A program made the position numbers and the translations under genes. Positions 1 to 11,600 of a stretch of DNA of 26,326 nucleotides are shown here, one piece after another. Every line of letters starts with the position of its first letter. Position 1 is the first letter of the stretch. The notes beneath the pieces are model-generated. The model was not told the origin of the DNA, ran no database searches, and saw nothing but the letters and a program-made list of their open reading frames with translations. Source of the DNA: Macrostomum lignano (lineage: Eukaryota); assembly GCA_002269645.1 (NCBI GenBank), contig NIVC01005099.1, positions 1 to 26,326 of the forward strand. Direction: 5' to 3'.

Positions 1-50
1 TCCCAACCTACGTCCGCTTCTCGCCCCCTTTTCCCCGCTTCCTGTCTAAG
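1..50 (+). CDS. Possible 3' part of an upstream coding exon of the spliced gene (PTYVRFSPPFPRFLSK)
   Basis: Frame from nt 3 is open to AAG|GTCAGC, a phase-0 donor at 50/51 that matches the phase-0 acceptor at 1740. It is very short and has no homology support. Confidence 0.3.
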
Positions 51-304
51 GTCAGCCGAGGCCATGAATGCTTTGAAAATTGGCACAATTTTATTACGCT
101 TTATTAAATTTAAATACATGAATATTGTATATTCTGTTATATTCTGTATATTCTGTATATATCTGTATATATCTGTATATTCTATATATTGTATAGGGGA
201 TCGGCGTCAACAGACTAGTAAAGTATTAATTTTTTCCGGCTTCAATTTTTTTAGGTGACAAAAAATTTATAAAATTACTCATAAAGCAGAAAAATGACAT
301 TCTT

Positions 305-372
305 AGTGTCTGTCTGTCTGTCTCTGTCTATCTGTCTGTCTGTATGTCTGTCTGTCTGTCTGTCTGTCTGTA

Positions 373-419
<47 letters not shown>

Positions 420-542
420 ATGTCTGTCTGTCTGTCTGCCTGCCTGCCTGCCTGTCTGTCTGTCTGTCTGCCTGCCTGTCTGTCCCTCTGTCTGTCTGCC
501 TGCCTGCCTGCCTGCCTGCCTTCCTGTCTGCCTGCCTGCCTT

Positions 543-597
<55 letters not shown>

Positions 598-660
598 GCA
601 TGCCTGCCTGTCTGTCTGTCTGTCTGTCTGTCTTTCTATCTGTCTGTCTGTCTTTCTATC
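305..660. repeat. (CTGT)n/(CTGC)n tetranucleotide microsatellite
   Basis: Directly visible. It explains ORFs 275..601, 294..671 and 344..667. Confidence 0.97.
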
Positions 661-1029
661 TATCTAGTTGACCAGCGTTCTCAGAACGCGTGCTCAATAA
701 CATTCGATCATCTGACCAGGCGATCGATACAGCCTGTGTGTAGCGATGAGTCCCCGTTTGTATTGGGATTGATTTCTCTCTTTGATATGCCCAAGCGCGT
801 GTAGCACTCGGTCCTTTGGATTTGATACTCCTAAAAAATCGGTTTGTAACGCTTTAAATAGAACGATTTGGTTTATCTCTTAGACCCTGTATAATTTGAT
901 ACTGCTGACAGCAGTGTCTCACATTCACCATTGAATGCTGCCGATTCTTGCGGTCAGCAAGCAGTCATTACTTCTGGGATCGGTGCACTAACAGTACTAA
1001 CTCATGCTGTACGAGTACTGTCTGTTTTT

Positions 1030-1512
<483 letters not shown>

Positions 1513-1739
1513 ATTCTCAAACTTTTCCGATAACTGATATCGGGTAAAAGTAGCGTGCTTTTATACATGTACAATAAATGCGCAAACAGCCAACAAACAG
1601 CAATACATCCACGTCATATATCACCCGAGCTCAAGTTGCATTCAAATGCCAATTTAAATGTCCTGCGCGATTAATCATACGTCCCACCAGTGCCAGTACA
1701 AACTCGCTGATTTCCAATCCGTTTCTACTCCACCCGCAG

Positions 1740-1886
1740 CGCTGCAAAGAGGTGATCCGGCTGAGCCGCCAGGCCCTGACCATGTGCGACACGGAGACCC
1801 CCGGCGACAGGCGGGACAGCTTCCGCTACCAGGCCGCTCAGGCGCACAAAAACGTTGCCGACATGCTGCTGAGGGCCTACTTGGAG
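1740..1886 (+). CDS. Internal coding exon (49 aa, RCKEVIRLSRQAL...ADMLLRAYLE) of an unidentified alpha-helical, TPR-like protein
   Basis: Acceptor ctactccacccgcAG ends at 1739 and donor GAG|GTAGGA starts at 1887. The 147-nt exon is phase 0-0, a GC-rich island between low-complexity repeats, and splices in frame to the exon at 3794. Confidence 0.75.
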
Positions 1887-1899
1887 GTAGGAGAGTGCT

Positions 1900-2580
1900 C
1901 CCATCTCACCCCATCTTATCTGAATCTCTACCTCCCATCTCACTCTGAACTCACTCCACCTCAACTCCATCTCACCCTATCTCACTGAATCTCAATCCCA
2001 TCTCACCCACCTCACCCCCATCTCATACCAATCTCACCCATCTCACCCCCATCTCTTTCCAATATCACTCCATCTCACCCCCATCTCATACCAATCTGTC
2101 TGTCACCCATCTCACCCATCTCACCCCTATTTCATACCAATCTCACCAATCTCACCCCCATCTCATACCAATCTCACCCATCTCATACCAATCTCACCCA
2201 TCTCACCCCTATCTCACTCTTATCTCACTCCATCTCATCTCTATCTCACTTTATCTCGATCACCCCCATCTCACTTCGATCTCACTTTAATCTCACTCCA
2301 TCTCACTCCTATCTCATCCCCATATCACTTAATCTCACTCCTCTATCTCACTCCGATTTCACTCCATCTCACCCCCATCTCATCCAAATCTCACCCCCAC
2401 TTACTCCATCTCACCCCCATCTCATCCCTATCTCACCCAATTTCACTCCATCTCAATCTCAACCCATCACACTCCATCACACCCCATCTCACTCTGATCT
2501 CGCTCCATCTCATTCCATCTCATCCTTCAACCTCAACCACCCCATCCCACCCTCCAATCTTACCTATCCCTCCCTATCTA
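1900..2580. repeat. Degenerate pyrimidine-rich (CCATCTCACC-like) intronic repeat
   Basis: Recurrent ATCTCA/CCCCAT motifs throughout. Confidence 0.9.
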
Positions 2581-3334
2581 AACAAATAGAGCAGTTTATT
2601 TATCTTGGTTCCGGAGTGCGCACGGCACACTTCGTGGAAATTTAATTGCCTTTTTTATTAGCCATCAGTTTTCGTAAGTCTCCACGCAATCATTCCTACA
2701 ACAGGGAATTCTGTAGCCTAATCATTTCACTTACCTCTGTGAGGCGGCTAGGGTGGGGCAGAGCTCTGACATGATTAAATATTTAGTCAGTATTGATTGG
2801 AAAATTCCCTCTAGTGGAACCGAGAGGGGAGGGTGGAGGTTCGGCTGTTTTCAAACGCCATAAGAAAAATTGATTTCCTAGGCGAGACTATTGTGTGTGT
2901 TTGTGTGTTAGGCCCGCCCAGTGTTTCCTTTGCTGAGGTAGCGCTTTTTTGCCCATAATTCTGCGTGGTTTTTATATTCTTTTATTGCGTGCAAAACAGT
3001 CACGTTAGTTAGCCTTTGTGCGGCCTGGATCTGTCTTGTTTTGTCTTTGTAGTGAGTGCCTTTGAGGCAGTGTTAGTATTTTTAGATTGTGTCCGGAAAG
3101 CCATCGAACTAATAAAAGGTCCAATTAAGGTGACAATCATTACATTAATTGTCTTGCCGATTCCCTGAGGGTGTCTGTAATTGTAAATTAACTTCCAGAG
3201 ATCTAAGATCTTTAAGATGTCTTTATAGTCCCTGAGAATTACTTTAATTTCCCTAAAATAATATTCAGGAATCTTATTACGAGTAAAAAAAATTAATCCC
3301 TTTGGAATCACCCTAATTCTTTTTTAAATTGCCC

Positions 3335-3752
3335 CAATCACCTTAGAATCGCGCTAATCCCCCTAGAATCACGCTAATCCCCTTAGAATCGCACCAATCC
3401 CCTTAGAATCGCACCAATCCTATCAGAATCGTGCTAATCCCCTTTATAATCGCGCTAATCCCTTCAGAATCTCGCTAATCCCTTCAGAATTACGCCAATC
3501 CCCTCAGAATCAAGCTAATCCCCTTAGAATCGGGCTAATCCCCTCAGAATCAAGCTAATCCCCTTAGAATCGCGCTAATCCCTTTAAAATCTCGCTAATC
3601 CCCTCAGAATCAAGCTAATCCCCTTAGAATCGCGCTAATCCCTTTAAAATCTCGCTAATCCCCTCAGAATCACGCTAATCCCCTCAGAATCGTGCTAATC
3701 CCCTTAGAATCGCGCTAATCCCTTTATAATCTCGCTAATCCCCTTAGAATCG
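3335..3752. repeat. 20-bp minisatellite (CTTAGAATCGCGCTAATCCC), about 21 copies, intronic
   Basis: The 20-nt periodicity is visible in the sequence columns. Confidence 0.93.
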
Positions 3753-3793
3753 CTCCATAGTGAATGTTTCCCTGGTAACTGGTTGACCCGCAG

Positions 3794-4459
3794 GGCTGGT
3801 CAACAGCAAAGAGCCTGTCCGACTGCCGGTCGAAGTGGATGTCAGGCTACACGAGCTGCATCAGTCTGCTGCTCAGCATCCGAGCAGACAAGCAGTTGCG
3901 CAATCCTCACATGTGCTTGGAAGCCATCGGCAAGCTGGCCAAGTTCCAGATGGACCGGGCCGACGAGCACAGGAAGCGAGCCACTGCCACCGGAGCAATT
4001 CTCGGGCCCAATCAGCGACGCTACCGTCACGAATTAGCGTTGCTAAGGATACTAGCCGTTGCTAGGCACCCGTTGGAGGAGCTGCTAGCGGACAATGCCG
4101 ATCTAGATTGGTCCGTGGTTCGCTCCCTGATTCGCGTGGTGTCTCGCGAAGCTCTGGACGCTGTTCGAGGCCTGCTGCAGCTGGCTCGAATTTTGCGCGA
4201 CTCGGAGAAGTTGGACCAGGTGAAAAATCTCTACGCTGCCCTGCTGAGACGGCTGAACAGTGTGGTGTCTGATAGTGAGACAGGATCTACCGAGAGAGAT
4301 CTTCTGACTGCCGCTAGGGAGGCGTTCTGCATTCTGTCAGACTGGTGCACAGAGCATGCCACGCCTTCGACAGCCGGCGCCACCTGTCAGTCTGGAGATG
4401 ATGAAGTCGACTCGATGCCAGATTTCGTGGAACCGCCGGCAGCTGCTCTGAGAGACTGA
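3794..4459 (+). CDS. Terminal coding exon (221 aa + stop) of the same unidentified helical protein
   Basis: Acceptor ttgacccgcAG ends at 3793. The frame continues through GWSTAKSLSDCRSKW into supplied ORF 3839..4459. The product is Leu/Ala/Arg-rich and amphipathic with an acidic tail, and is followed by AT-rich sequence with AATAAA near 4813. Confidence 0.78.
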   Translation, partial: GWSTAKSLSDCRSKWMSGYTSCISLLLSIRADKQLRNPHMCLEAIGKLAKFQMDRADEHRKRATATGAILGPNQRRYRHELALLRILAVARHPLEELLADNADLDWSVVRSLIRVVSREALDAVRGLLQLARILRDSEKLDQVKNLYAALLRRLNSVVSDSETGSTERDLLTAAREAFCILSDWCTEHATPSTAGATCQSGDDEVDSMPDFVEPPAAALRD

Positions 4460-4988
4460 TTCTTTGACATTAGCAATGACCGTTCTTTCGTGTCTACTTT
4501 CAGTAGTTGGTCATTTATTGCAACATATTTTTCTAATCAAAATCGCATTTTTTCTGTGTCATCTTTTTTATTAAGACAAAATATTCATATTCAGGCTTCA
4601 TAGTATAATTATTAATTACTTGTTATTATTCCAGAGACTTTAATTGTAAATTTTATCATAAGATAAACACACAAAGTAAACAGTTACAGCCTATTGGAAA
4701 CATGAAAGTTGCCGTGTCCCCCATTGTTCGAGTTATTTGTTTAAACTTTTTGTACTCATTTCTAGTAGCTAAATGAGTGACTGGTGTACTGTCTTTAATT
4801 GTTTTTCTAAGTTAATAAATTCATCGTACGATTCACAGCCACGATCGGGGGGCCAAGCTTCCAAGGCTTAACTTGTATGTGCGCTAAGAGTCAACGGATG
4901 GGCGGAACTGCCTCATGAATGTTCATCGAATTTTCCAATAATAATTGTAGCACCTTATTCGAGACATGGATTTTTTTATTCATAAAAT

Positions 4989-5250
4989 TCAATGCAGAAC
5001 ATTTTTGTTTATAAATACTCCAGGTGGAACGAAAGTCTTTTCGTCAGTACGTCTGGACAAGCAAATGGTGAAAATCATCCACCTGGTCTCGGAGAGGGCA
5101 CTTTCGCAGACGCTCCGCAACACCTGCAATGAGGCGTCTTCAACCTCTTGACAGCTGTTGAAGGTCATGCCACGGAGTGCGTTCTTCAGCCAGAGGAATA
5201 GAGTTTGGTTCCACAGGTTCAGATCGGGACTGTAGGGCTCTGCCAAATCA
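4989..5250 (-). mobile_element. Tc1/mariner transposase C-terminal remnant
   Basis: Translation PYSPDLN...LFLWLKNALRGMTFNSCQEVEDA matches the mariner YSPDLxPxD...LF..LK..LRG..F signature. The third catalytic Asp is not intact and no TIR was identified. Confidence 0.8.
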
Positions 5251-5271
5251 CGGTGACAGCGATCGTGCAGG

Positions 5272-5562
5272 AAATCTCGAAAGAGTCGTGGTAAATCTCG
5301 AAAGAGTCTTGGTAAATCTCGAAAGAGTCTTGGTAAATCTCGAAAGAGTCTTGGTAAATCTCGAAAGAGTCTTGGTAAATCTCGAAAGAGTCGTGGTAAA
5401 TCTCGAAAGAGTCGTGGTAAATCTCGAAAGAGTCGTGGTAAATCTCGAAAGAGTCGTGGTAAATCTCGAAAGAGTCGTGGTAAATCTCGAAAGAGTCGTG
5501 GTAAATCTCGAAAGAGTCGTGGTAAATCTCGAAAGAGTCGCGGTAAATCTCGAAAGAGTCGC
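5272..5562. repeat. 21-bp minisatellite (AAATCTCGAAAGAGTCGTGGT), about 14 copies
   Basis: Direct periodicity. It produces the LFRDLPR and NLERVVV read-through ORFs. Confidence 0.97.
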
Positions 5563-5687
5563 GCTACGTGCGGTCGAGCATTAATTTTCTTTTCAGGCTC
5601 CATGCTTTGCGCTTTTACTATAGGCTCGTTGCATGCACTATTAGCATGGACAACTAGAGTAGCAGCTACTCTAGTTGTCCATGACTA

Positions 5688-6875
5688 ATAGACACTTAAG
5701 GATTTTAAGCCTGACTCCAAGTGAGTGTTGCTCTTAGAAAGCGACTTTTATTGGCAGCTGGTTCGTTCATGGCCAAACGACAAGATTTTGTTCAACCCGA
5801 GTACAAACCAGCAAGGAGTAAATAAACAAGAAGGCAACAATAAATAAAGCTAGTTACTAAACGCCGTCGGTCTCTGGTTCACACTGATTCACACTGGTCA
5901 CTGGTTCACACTAGTCACTGGTTCACACTAGTCACTGGTTCACACTGGTCACTGGTTCACACTGTTCGTCACTGGTTCACACTGGTCACTGGTTCGCACT
6001 GGTCACTGGTTAGTTTACACTGGTCACTGGTTCACACTGATGGTCACTAGTTCGCACTGGTCATTGGTTCACACTGGTTACTGATTCACACTGTTCGTCA
6101 CTGGTTCACACTGGTCACTGGTTCACACTGATGGTCACTAGTTCGCACTGGTCACTGGTTCACACTGGTTACTGATTCACACTGTTCGTCACTGGTTCAC
6201 ACTGGTCACTGGTTCACAGCCTTCAACTCAACCCATGCTTCATCGCCAAAAATAAGGTTTAGCAAGTCGTTAATAAATTACGAGTAAAAAAGTGACACGG
6301 TTGTGGCGTTATTGATTGAGGAAAATAAACAGATCTCTGCATGTGCTCTTTTAAATTAATTTTCTATAGAGTAAATTAATGAATAAGGACAATCAGAGCA
6401 AACTCTTATCTCTATCAAAAATCTAAGCGCGTTCAGGCCCAATGTGAAGAAAGCAAACATGTACAGCCAAGGTATTAGACTCGCAAGAGGCGTAACAGAG
6501 AGAGAGAAAGAGCTGGCTGCTGATGCTGCAGGCTTGAAGAAGCTGATGCAGGTGCCCTCCTTATTTCAGGATGGTTAGTGGCGTAGCCGGTTGATTTGCG
6601 AAATCCCCAGCTTTTTTGGAGCCCAAGGTCGCTCCCGTGACTCTCTCTCTCTCTCTGATTGGCCTCTGGTCTTCAGACGTCACTAGCATGTTTCTAAAAA
6701 TAGAATTGTCACGTGGGGCACACGGGGAAGGTGAGGAAAAACGTGGATTCAGATTGTATTGACGCATTCAGATAGCTAGTGTTGCAAATCTGGGAGTCGA
6801 GTAGACAGGTTCAGCGAACAACAGAAGCAAAAGGCGAGAAAGATAGAGGAAAACAAGAAAATTCGGTTGCGAAAC
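5688..6875. mobile_element. Copy 1 of an unclassified ~1.1-kb interspersed repeat with an internal 17-bp minisatellite
   Basis: 5850-6875 aligns by eye to the reverse complement of 22233-23095, with shared blocks such as GAGCTGGCTGCTGATGCTGC.GGCTTGAAGAAGCTGATGCAGGTGCCCTCC and CTGATTGGCCTCTG. The left boundary is approximate. Confidence 0.75.
5874..6218. repeat. Degenerate 17-bp minisatellite (CACTGGTCACTGGTTCA)
   Basis: Direct periodicity. The reverse complement recurs at 22951-23077. Confidence 0.93.
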
Positions 6876-7160
6876 TAATTAACAGCGAATAAAATTATTA
6901 TCCATATTAGGTAAAAAGCCGCACAAAAAAGAGAAAGCTTCATAAAATCGAAAGCATTTAAAATCTCGAATAAAACTTTGTACTGGAAAAACTGAAAGCC
7001 ACCAAAGGTTAAGATTAAGCCTGTGCATTACAGAAAGTATAGGAATGGATGATTCCTGCACGCCGATGAGTGTGTCAATGGCCATTGACGCACGAGTCGG
7101 CGTGTTGGAATCCCATTGTCGATTGACTATTAAGTTGCATCATAAATTTGAGTGAGTGCA

Positions 7161-7327
7161 CAGAGAGGGGTCAAGGGGGCGAAGCCCCCTTGTGGGGGTG
7201 TGGGGGCAGAGTCTCCAGAGAGGGGTTAAGGGGGCGAAGCCCCCTTGCGGGGGTGTGGGGGCAGAGTCTCCAGAGAGGGGTTAAGGGGGCGAAGCCCCCT
7301 TGCGGGGGTGTGGGGGCGGAGCCCCTA
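7161..7327. repeat. Three 55-bp G-rich units, each with a GGGGGC-GAA-GCCCCC hairpin
   Basis: Units start at 7161, 7216 and 7271. Confidence 0.93.
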
Positions 7328-7970
7328 CATACTAACATTAAGAAGTTTTATCAAAATGCTGCGCTTGTCAAAATAATTGACTAGCTCGTATGTGTGGCGG
7401 CCAGACTGTACGCGACCGGCAGCATCCGGTGCAGCCACACTGCAGCCTTTTTAGGGGGTGTCAGACAGGCGCGGCTAAGGGTAGAAAATATTTTATGGCA
7501 GACGCAGCGAGGGCTTGGGGGGAGGTGGGTCTAGGACTCACGTGACTCACGATCGATAATTAATGGCTGTGAAATGTACAGTAAGCGAGACGGCCTGAAG
7601 AAGTTCATCAAATTCCACGATAGTATACTGTCTACTGTCTATCTATCGGTCCTCAGTTCTTATCTCACAAATCAGTTCTCTAATCTCCTCAAACGCAATG
7701 CCAGTTTTACGAGCGTAAAAGGATCCCCCGCCTCTCTAACTTGCACGAATAAAACTTCGTGCAGGAATAAAATCTTGCACGCGTGGTCAATCGACAATGA
7801 ATATGAGCACACAAGAGCACACATTGTCATAGTCATCACCCAAGCACTGAAAACCAGTTTTAACACAAGCGATACGACAATAAAACAAACTATGCTCGTA
7901 TTATTTTATTTCAACAAATTTAAGTGCATCAAAACGAATCACAACGAATATGGGGGCTAGAGGTTCCCAT

Positions 7971-9270
7971 TGGGGGTGTTCGGGTCGGCCATTTTTTCGG
8001 GAACCCGGTACCCCTACCCCGAACCCCGTCCCGAACATTTCTTCCAACCCCGAACCCCGAACCCGGTACCAAAACCCGACCCGACCCCGAACGTAACCCC
8101 GAAAATTTTCACGCTTATTTTGGTCAATCATTTTAATAAATTCAGTTTTCAGTTTTCAATTTTTCAGTTTTCAGTTTTGAATTTCAGTTTTAAATTCAGT
8201 TTTATATATTGAGATGTGCCTTAACAGCTTCAACCACTTAGCCTTGTGGTTTTATTTCCCTTAGCTACTCTACAACTAGGAAAAGAAATATGAAACACTT
8301 CTTGCAATGGGATTGGGATTGAGATGGAAGGAATACCAAGACCCAAGATCTAATAGTAAGATACATGAAAGTTCGCAACTAAAATCAGGACCATTTCGTA
8401 CCTATACTTACAACGAAATTGCTTTCATAGTACATAGCTTTCATATTACATCTATGAGTTTATTTAAGCTGCAAAAATAGAGTACAATAAAATTAGATTA
8501 TACCCTGTAGTGTAGATATCAGTAGAGATAGAACTAGAGCGATAAAGAGATGGCACAGATAAAACAATGATACAATGAAACAGGAGAGTTAATCACAAAT
8601 ATATATTTATTTTTACTTTTGACTACAGTTAACAGTAAGTCAGTAGTGGTATAACAGAATTGCTATGTAAAAACTAAAGTGACGTCTTTACATAAAATTG
8701 TATGCTGATATGAGTAGGTAATCATTGTGATAATTGATTATTGGCGACTGATGCGTGGAGAATAATAGTGTATTTATAAATTTTAAGCTTCCTCATCCAA
8801 TCCAGAAGTTCAGACCATGTTACACGTAGCACATGTAAAATTATTACTGAGCGTAATTTTTTAAATCATCAACTGCAAGACTGAATGGGTCGAAAAACGA
8901 CAATCGTTATTTACCAGAAAGTGTAAATGAATCCATGGTTCTATCTGCTATTTCCGTTTCAAATTGTATGTAAAATATAACTTAAGTTGTACCTGAAACT
9001 CAATGCATATCTTTTGCATTGTGGATTTTGCATGAGGAGTAAAAAGTGCTTGAAAATACTATTGAGAATGATAATTGTTCAAAACCCCGAAAACCCGGTG
9101 GCCAAATCCGACCGAAACCCGAACCCGGTACCCTTACCCGAACCCCGAACCCGACCCGGAACACCTACCCCAAACCCCGAACCCGACCCGGAACACCTAC
9201 CCCGAACCCCGAACCCGGTACCAAAACCCGACCCGAAACCCGACCCGACCCCGAACCCCGAACACCCCTA
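7971..9270. mobile_element. Non-autonomous hAT-type DNA transposon (MITE-like), 1300 bp
   Basis: TIRs are T[G]GGGGTGTTCGGG at 7971 and CCCGAACACCCCTA ending at 9270 (13/14 match). Flanking 8-mers GTTCCCAT (7963-7970) and GTTCCAAT (9271-9278) match 7/8, giving an 8-bp TSD. Subterminal ACCCGA/AACCCG repeats are present and the AT-rich interior has no transposase. Confidence 0.82.
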
Positions 9271-9517
9271 GTTCCAATTAATTAATAGCGCCAAAGGTGC
9301 ACGCCTTGCTGCTGTTTGCTCACAAGAGCAGTAGCTCTTGCTTGATGCTCAATCTTTTAAAGAGATCATTAATGAAGCATCACTACAAAACGTCAATTAC
9401 GACGAATCATAATTTTTGTATAGTCAGTTGGTTGCTTAAATCGTAGTTCTTTTTCAAGAATTGTTGTTGACAACTATTTCTGGGCTTGATTATGAAGCTG
9501 TCCGCTCGTACTGAGTT

Positions 9518-10518
9518 TCACACTCCAAAGAAAATTTTATTGATGGTTTCTTCCGGCAGATTCGTATTAGAAACGGCCACGGCTCTGACCAAACCTTGCA
9601 GCATGTAGTTGCCGTTGTACCGCCAGCCCACGTGGACGCAGGCTCCGGCTTGGTTGAAGCTGTTCGTCCGAGCGAAGACGCCGGCAGTCGGTAGAAACTT
9701 TGCTCCATAGAAGAAGCGAGTCAGGTTCTGCTGCCTCCTGAATGAGACGCCAGCGATGAAGAACTCGTTCGGGTCCGAAGGCAGCACCGAGCCGGTCTGG
9801 AATCTGGCGAAGTAGCCCGGGTTCAGGAAGATTGCGCGACTCACTCCGGTCATCACTGAGTACTCAGCGAGGTGGTCGAGCATGCTGCCGGATCCGATGC
9901 AGCTGCTCAGCTCCAGAAAGATTGCTTTACCTGGCGTTCTCTTTAGGTGCAGCACCCAGGTGTAGGACGCCGTGAAGTCCAGACCTGTGGGGTCGTCCAC
10001 CCACAGCCGAGACGAGACTCCGTCCATGCGAGCGCCTTCGTTCGTCCACGAGACACCGCTGGACTTCATGGGGTTCCTTTGTCCCTCGGAGCCGCACACC
10101 AGGTTCTCCAGCGCCGGTCCCCTGTCTCCGACCCACACAGCGCTGAAGTGCTCGTTCGCAGCGATCGCGTCGTACTCCGAGTCCACCAAGGTCTCGCAGA
10201 TGCTCTCAGCGGCCACTCCGGCAGTCGTGTCGTCGAGGTCATGTTGAGCAGGTGGCACACCTCTCCGAAGCGGAACAGCGCGCACGAGGCGTCTCGCTTG
10301 TTCCGTTGCACAACGCCGACGCTGCCGAGACGGAGAGAGCGACTGGACGAGAAACAGTTGATCATTGAGGCCGAGGGCTGAGGCTTCTGCCACACCGCCA
10401 ACGACAAGTTCAGGCACTTACGCTTTGACATTTTCAGCTTCGTGAATTGGGGGCTCTTTTGACCATTGCAGTCGAGTAGCAGGGCACTCAAAACTATTAA
10501 GAAGAAGACAGTATTCAT
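9518..10518 (-). pseudogene. Paralog A: secreted PAN/apple-like + LamG (concanavalin-A-like) protein with one -1 frameshift near 10227 (333 aa if restored)
   Basis: ATG at 10518 starts signal peptide MNTVFFLIVLSALLLDCNG. ORF 10066..10518 and ORF 9518..10417 together align end to end with copy C. Versus copy B, ACACCGACT has become ACACGACT. This could be an assembly indel rather than a true pseudogene. Confidence 0.85.
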
Positions 10519-10724
10519 TACAAGTGTCTTTTTAAAGCTTTATACGAATGTTTGATTTTGCGTCTCATGAAACTCAATTTCAAAATTCATTTATTCATAG
10601 GGACGGAACTCAGGATTTTTTTGCTGAAAATGTTCCGATTGGCTGAGACAGTTTGCAGCTATTTGTAGACCATGGACAGCTGAAGCACACAGCACTTCTG
10701 TTGTCCCTATAAATGAGATGAGAC

Positions 10725-11600
10725 GTGAGGGGCAGGGGAGCTGGAGTGTGTGTTGCAATGGGCAGAGGAGCTGGAGTGTGTGTTGCAAGGGACAGGAGAG
10801 CTGGAGTGTGTGTTGCAAGGGACAGGAGAGCTGGAGTATGTGTTGCAAGGGACAGGAGAGCTGGAGTATGTGTTGCAAGGGACAGGAGAGCTGGAGTGTG
10901 TGTTGCAAGGGACAGGAGAGCTGGAGTATGTGTTGCAAGGGACAGGAGAGCTGGAGTGTGTGTTGCAAGGGACAGGAGAGCTGGAGTGTGTGTTGCAAAG
11001 GACAGGAGAGCTGGAGTGTGTGTTGCAAGGGACAGGAGAGCTGCAGTGTGTGTTGCAAGGGACAGGAGAGCTGCAGTGTGTGTTGCAAAGGACAGGAGAG
11101 CTGCAGTATGTGTTGCAAAGGACAGGAGAGCTGCAGTGTGTGTTGCAAGGGACAGGAGAGCTGCAGTGTGTGTTGCAAGGGACAGGAGAGCTGCAGTGTG
11201 TGTTGCAAAGGACAGGAGAGCTGCAGTATGTGTTGCAAAGGACAGGAGAGCTGCAGTATGTGTTGCAAAGGACAGGAGAGCTGCAGTATGTGTTGCAAGG
11301 GACAGGAGAGCTGCAGTATGTGTTGCAAAGGACAGGAGAGCTGCAGTGTGTGTTGCAAGGGACAGGAGAGCTGCAGTGTGTGTTGCAAGGGACAGGAGAG
11401 CTGCAGTGTGTGTTGCAAGGAACATGAGAGCTGCAGTGTGTGTTGCAAGGGACAGGAGAGCTGCAGTATGTGTTGCAAGGGACAGGAGAGCTGCAGTGTG
11501 TGTTGCAAGGGACAGGAGAGCTGCAGTGTGTGTTGCAAGGGACAGGAGAGCTGCAGTGTGTGTTGCAAGGAACATGAGAGCTGGAGTGTGTGTTGCAGAA
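10725..11600. repeat. 30-bp minisatellite (GAGCTGCAGTGTGTGTTGCAAGGGACAGGA), about 29 copies
   Basis: Exact 30-nt periodicity. It produces the six overlapping repetitive ORFs at 10591-11751. Confidence 0.98.

Noticed and set aside
4989-5603. 204-aa ORF fusing LFRDLPR repeats to a mariner C-terminus
   Set aside because: Chance in-frame join of a stop-free 21-bp array and a degenerate transposase remnant lacking the catalytic core.
7574-7960. 128-aa ORF before the hAT element
   Set aside because: AT-rich, with no recognisable motif, splice signals or paralog.
9900-9935. Donor-like CAG|GTAAAG at the constant/variable boundary of A (AAG|GTTCAG in C), suggesting the variable part is an intron or alternative exon
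   Set aside because: The downstream region stays open and keeps protein-level motifs between A and C to the stop codon, so it is coding. Fragment D has no GT at this position.
9927-10518. Antisense and alternative-frame ORFs over paralogs A, B and C (e.g. 9947..10381, 13817..14293, 20546..21103)
   Set aside because: Shadow ORFs of GC-rich coding sequence.
10725-11600. Tandem arrays as possible CRISPR
   Set aside because: Units are head-to-tail with no unique spacers, there are no cas genes, and the context is eukaryotic.
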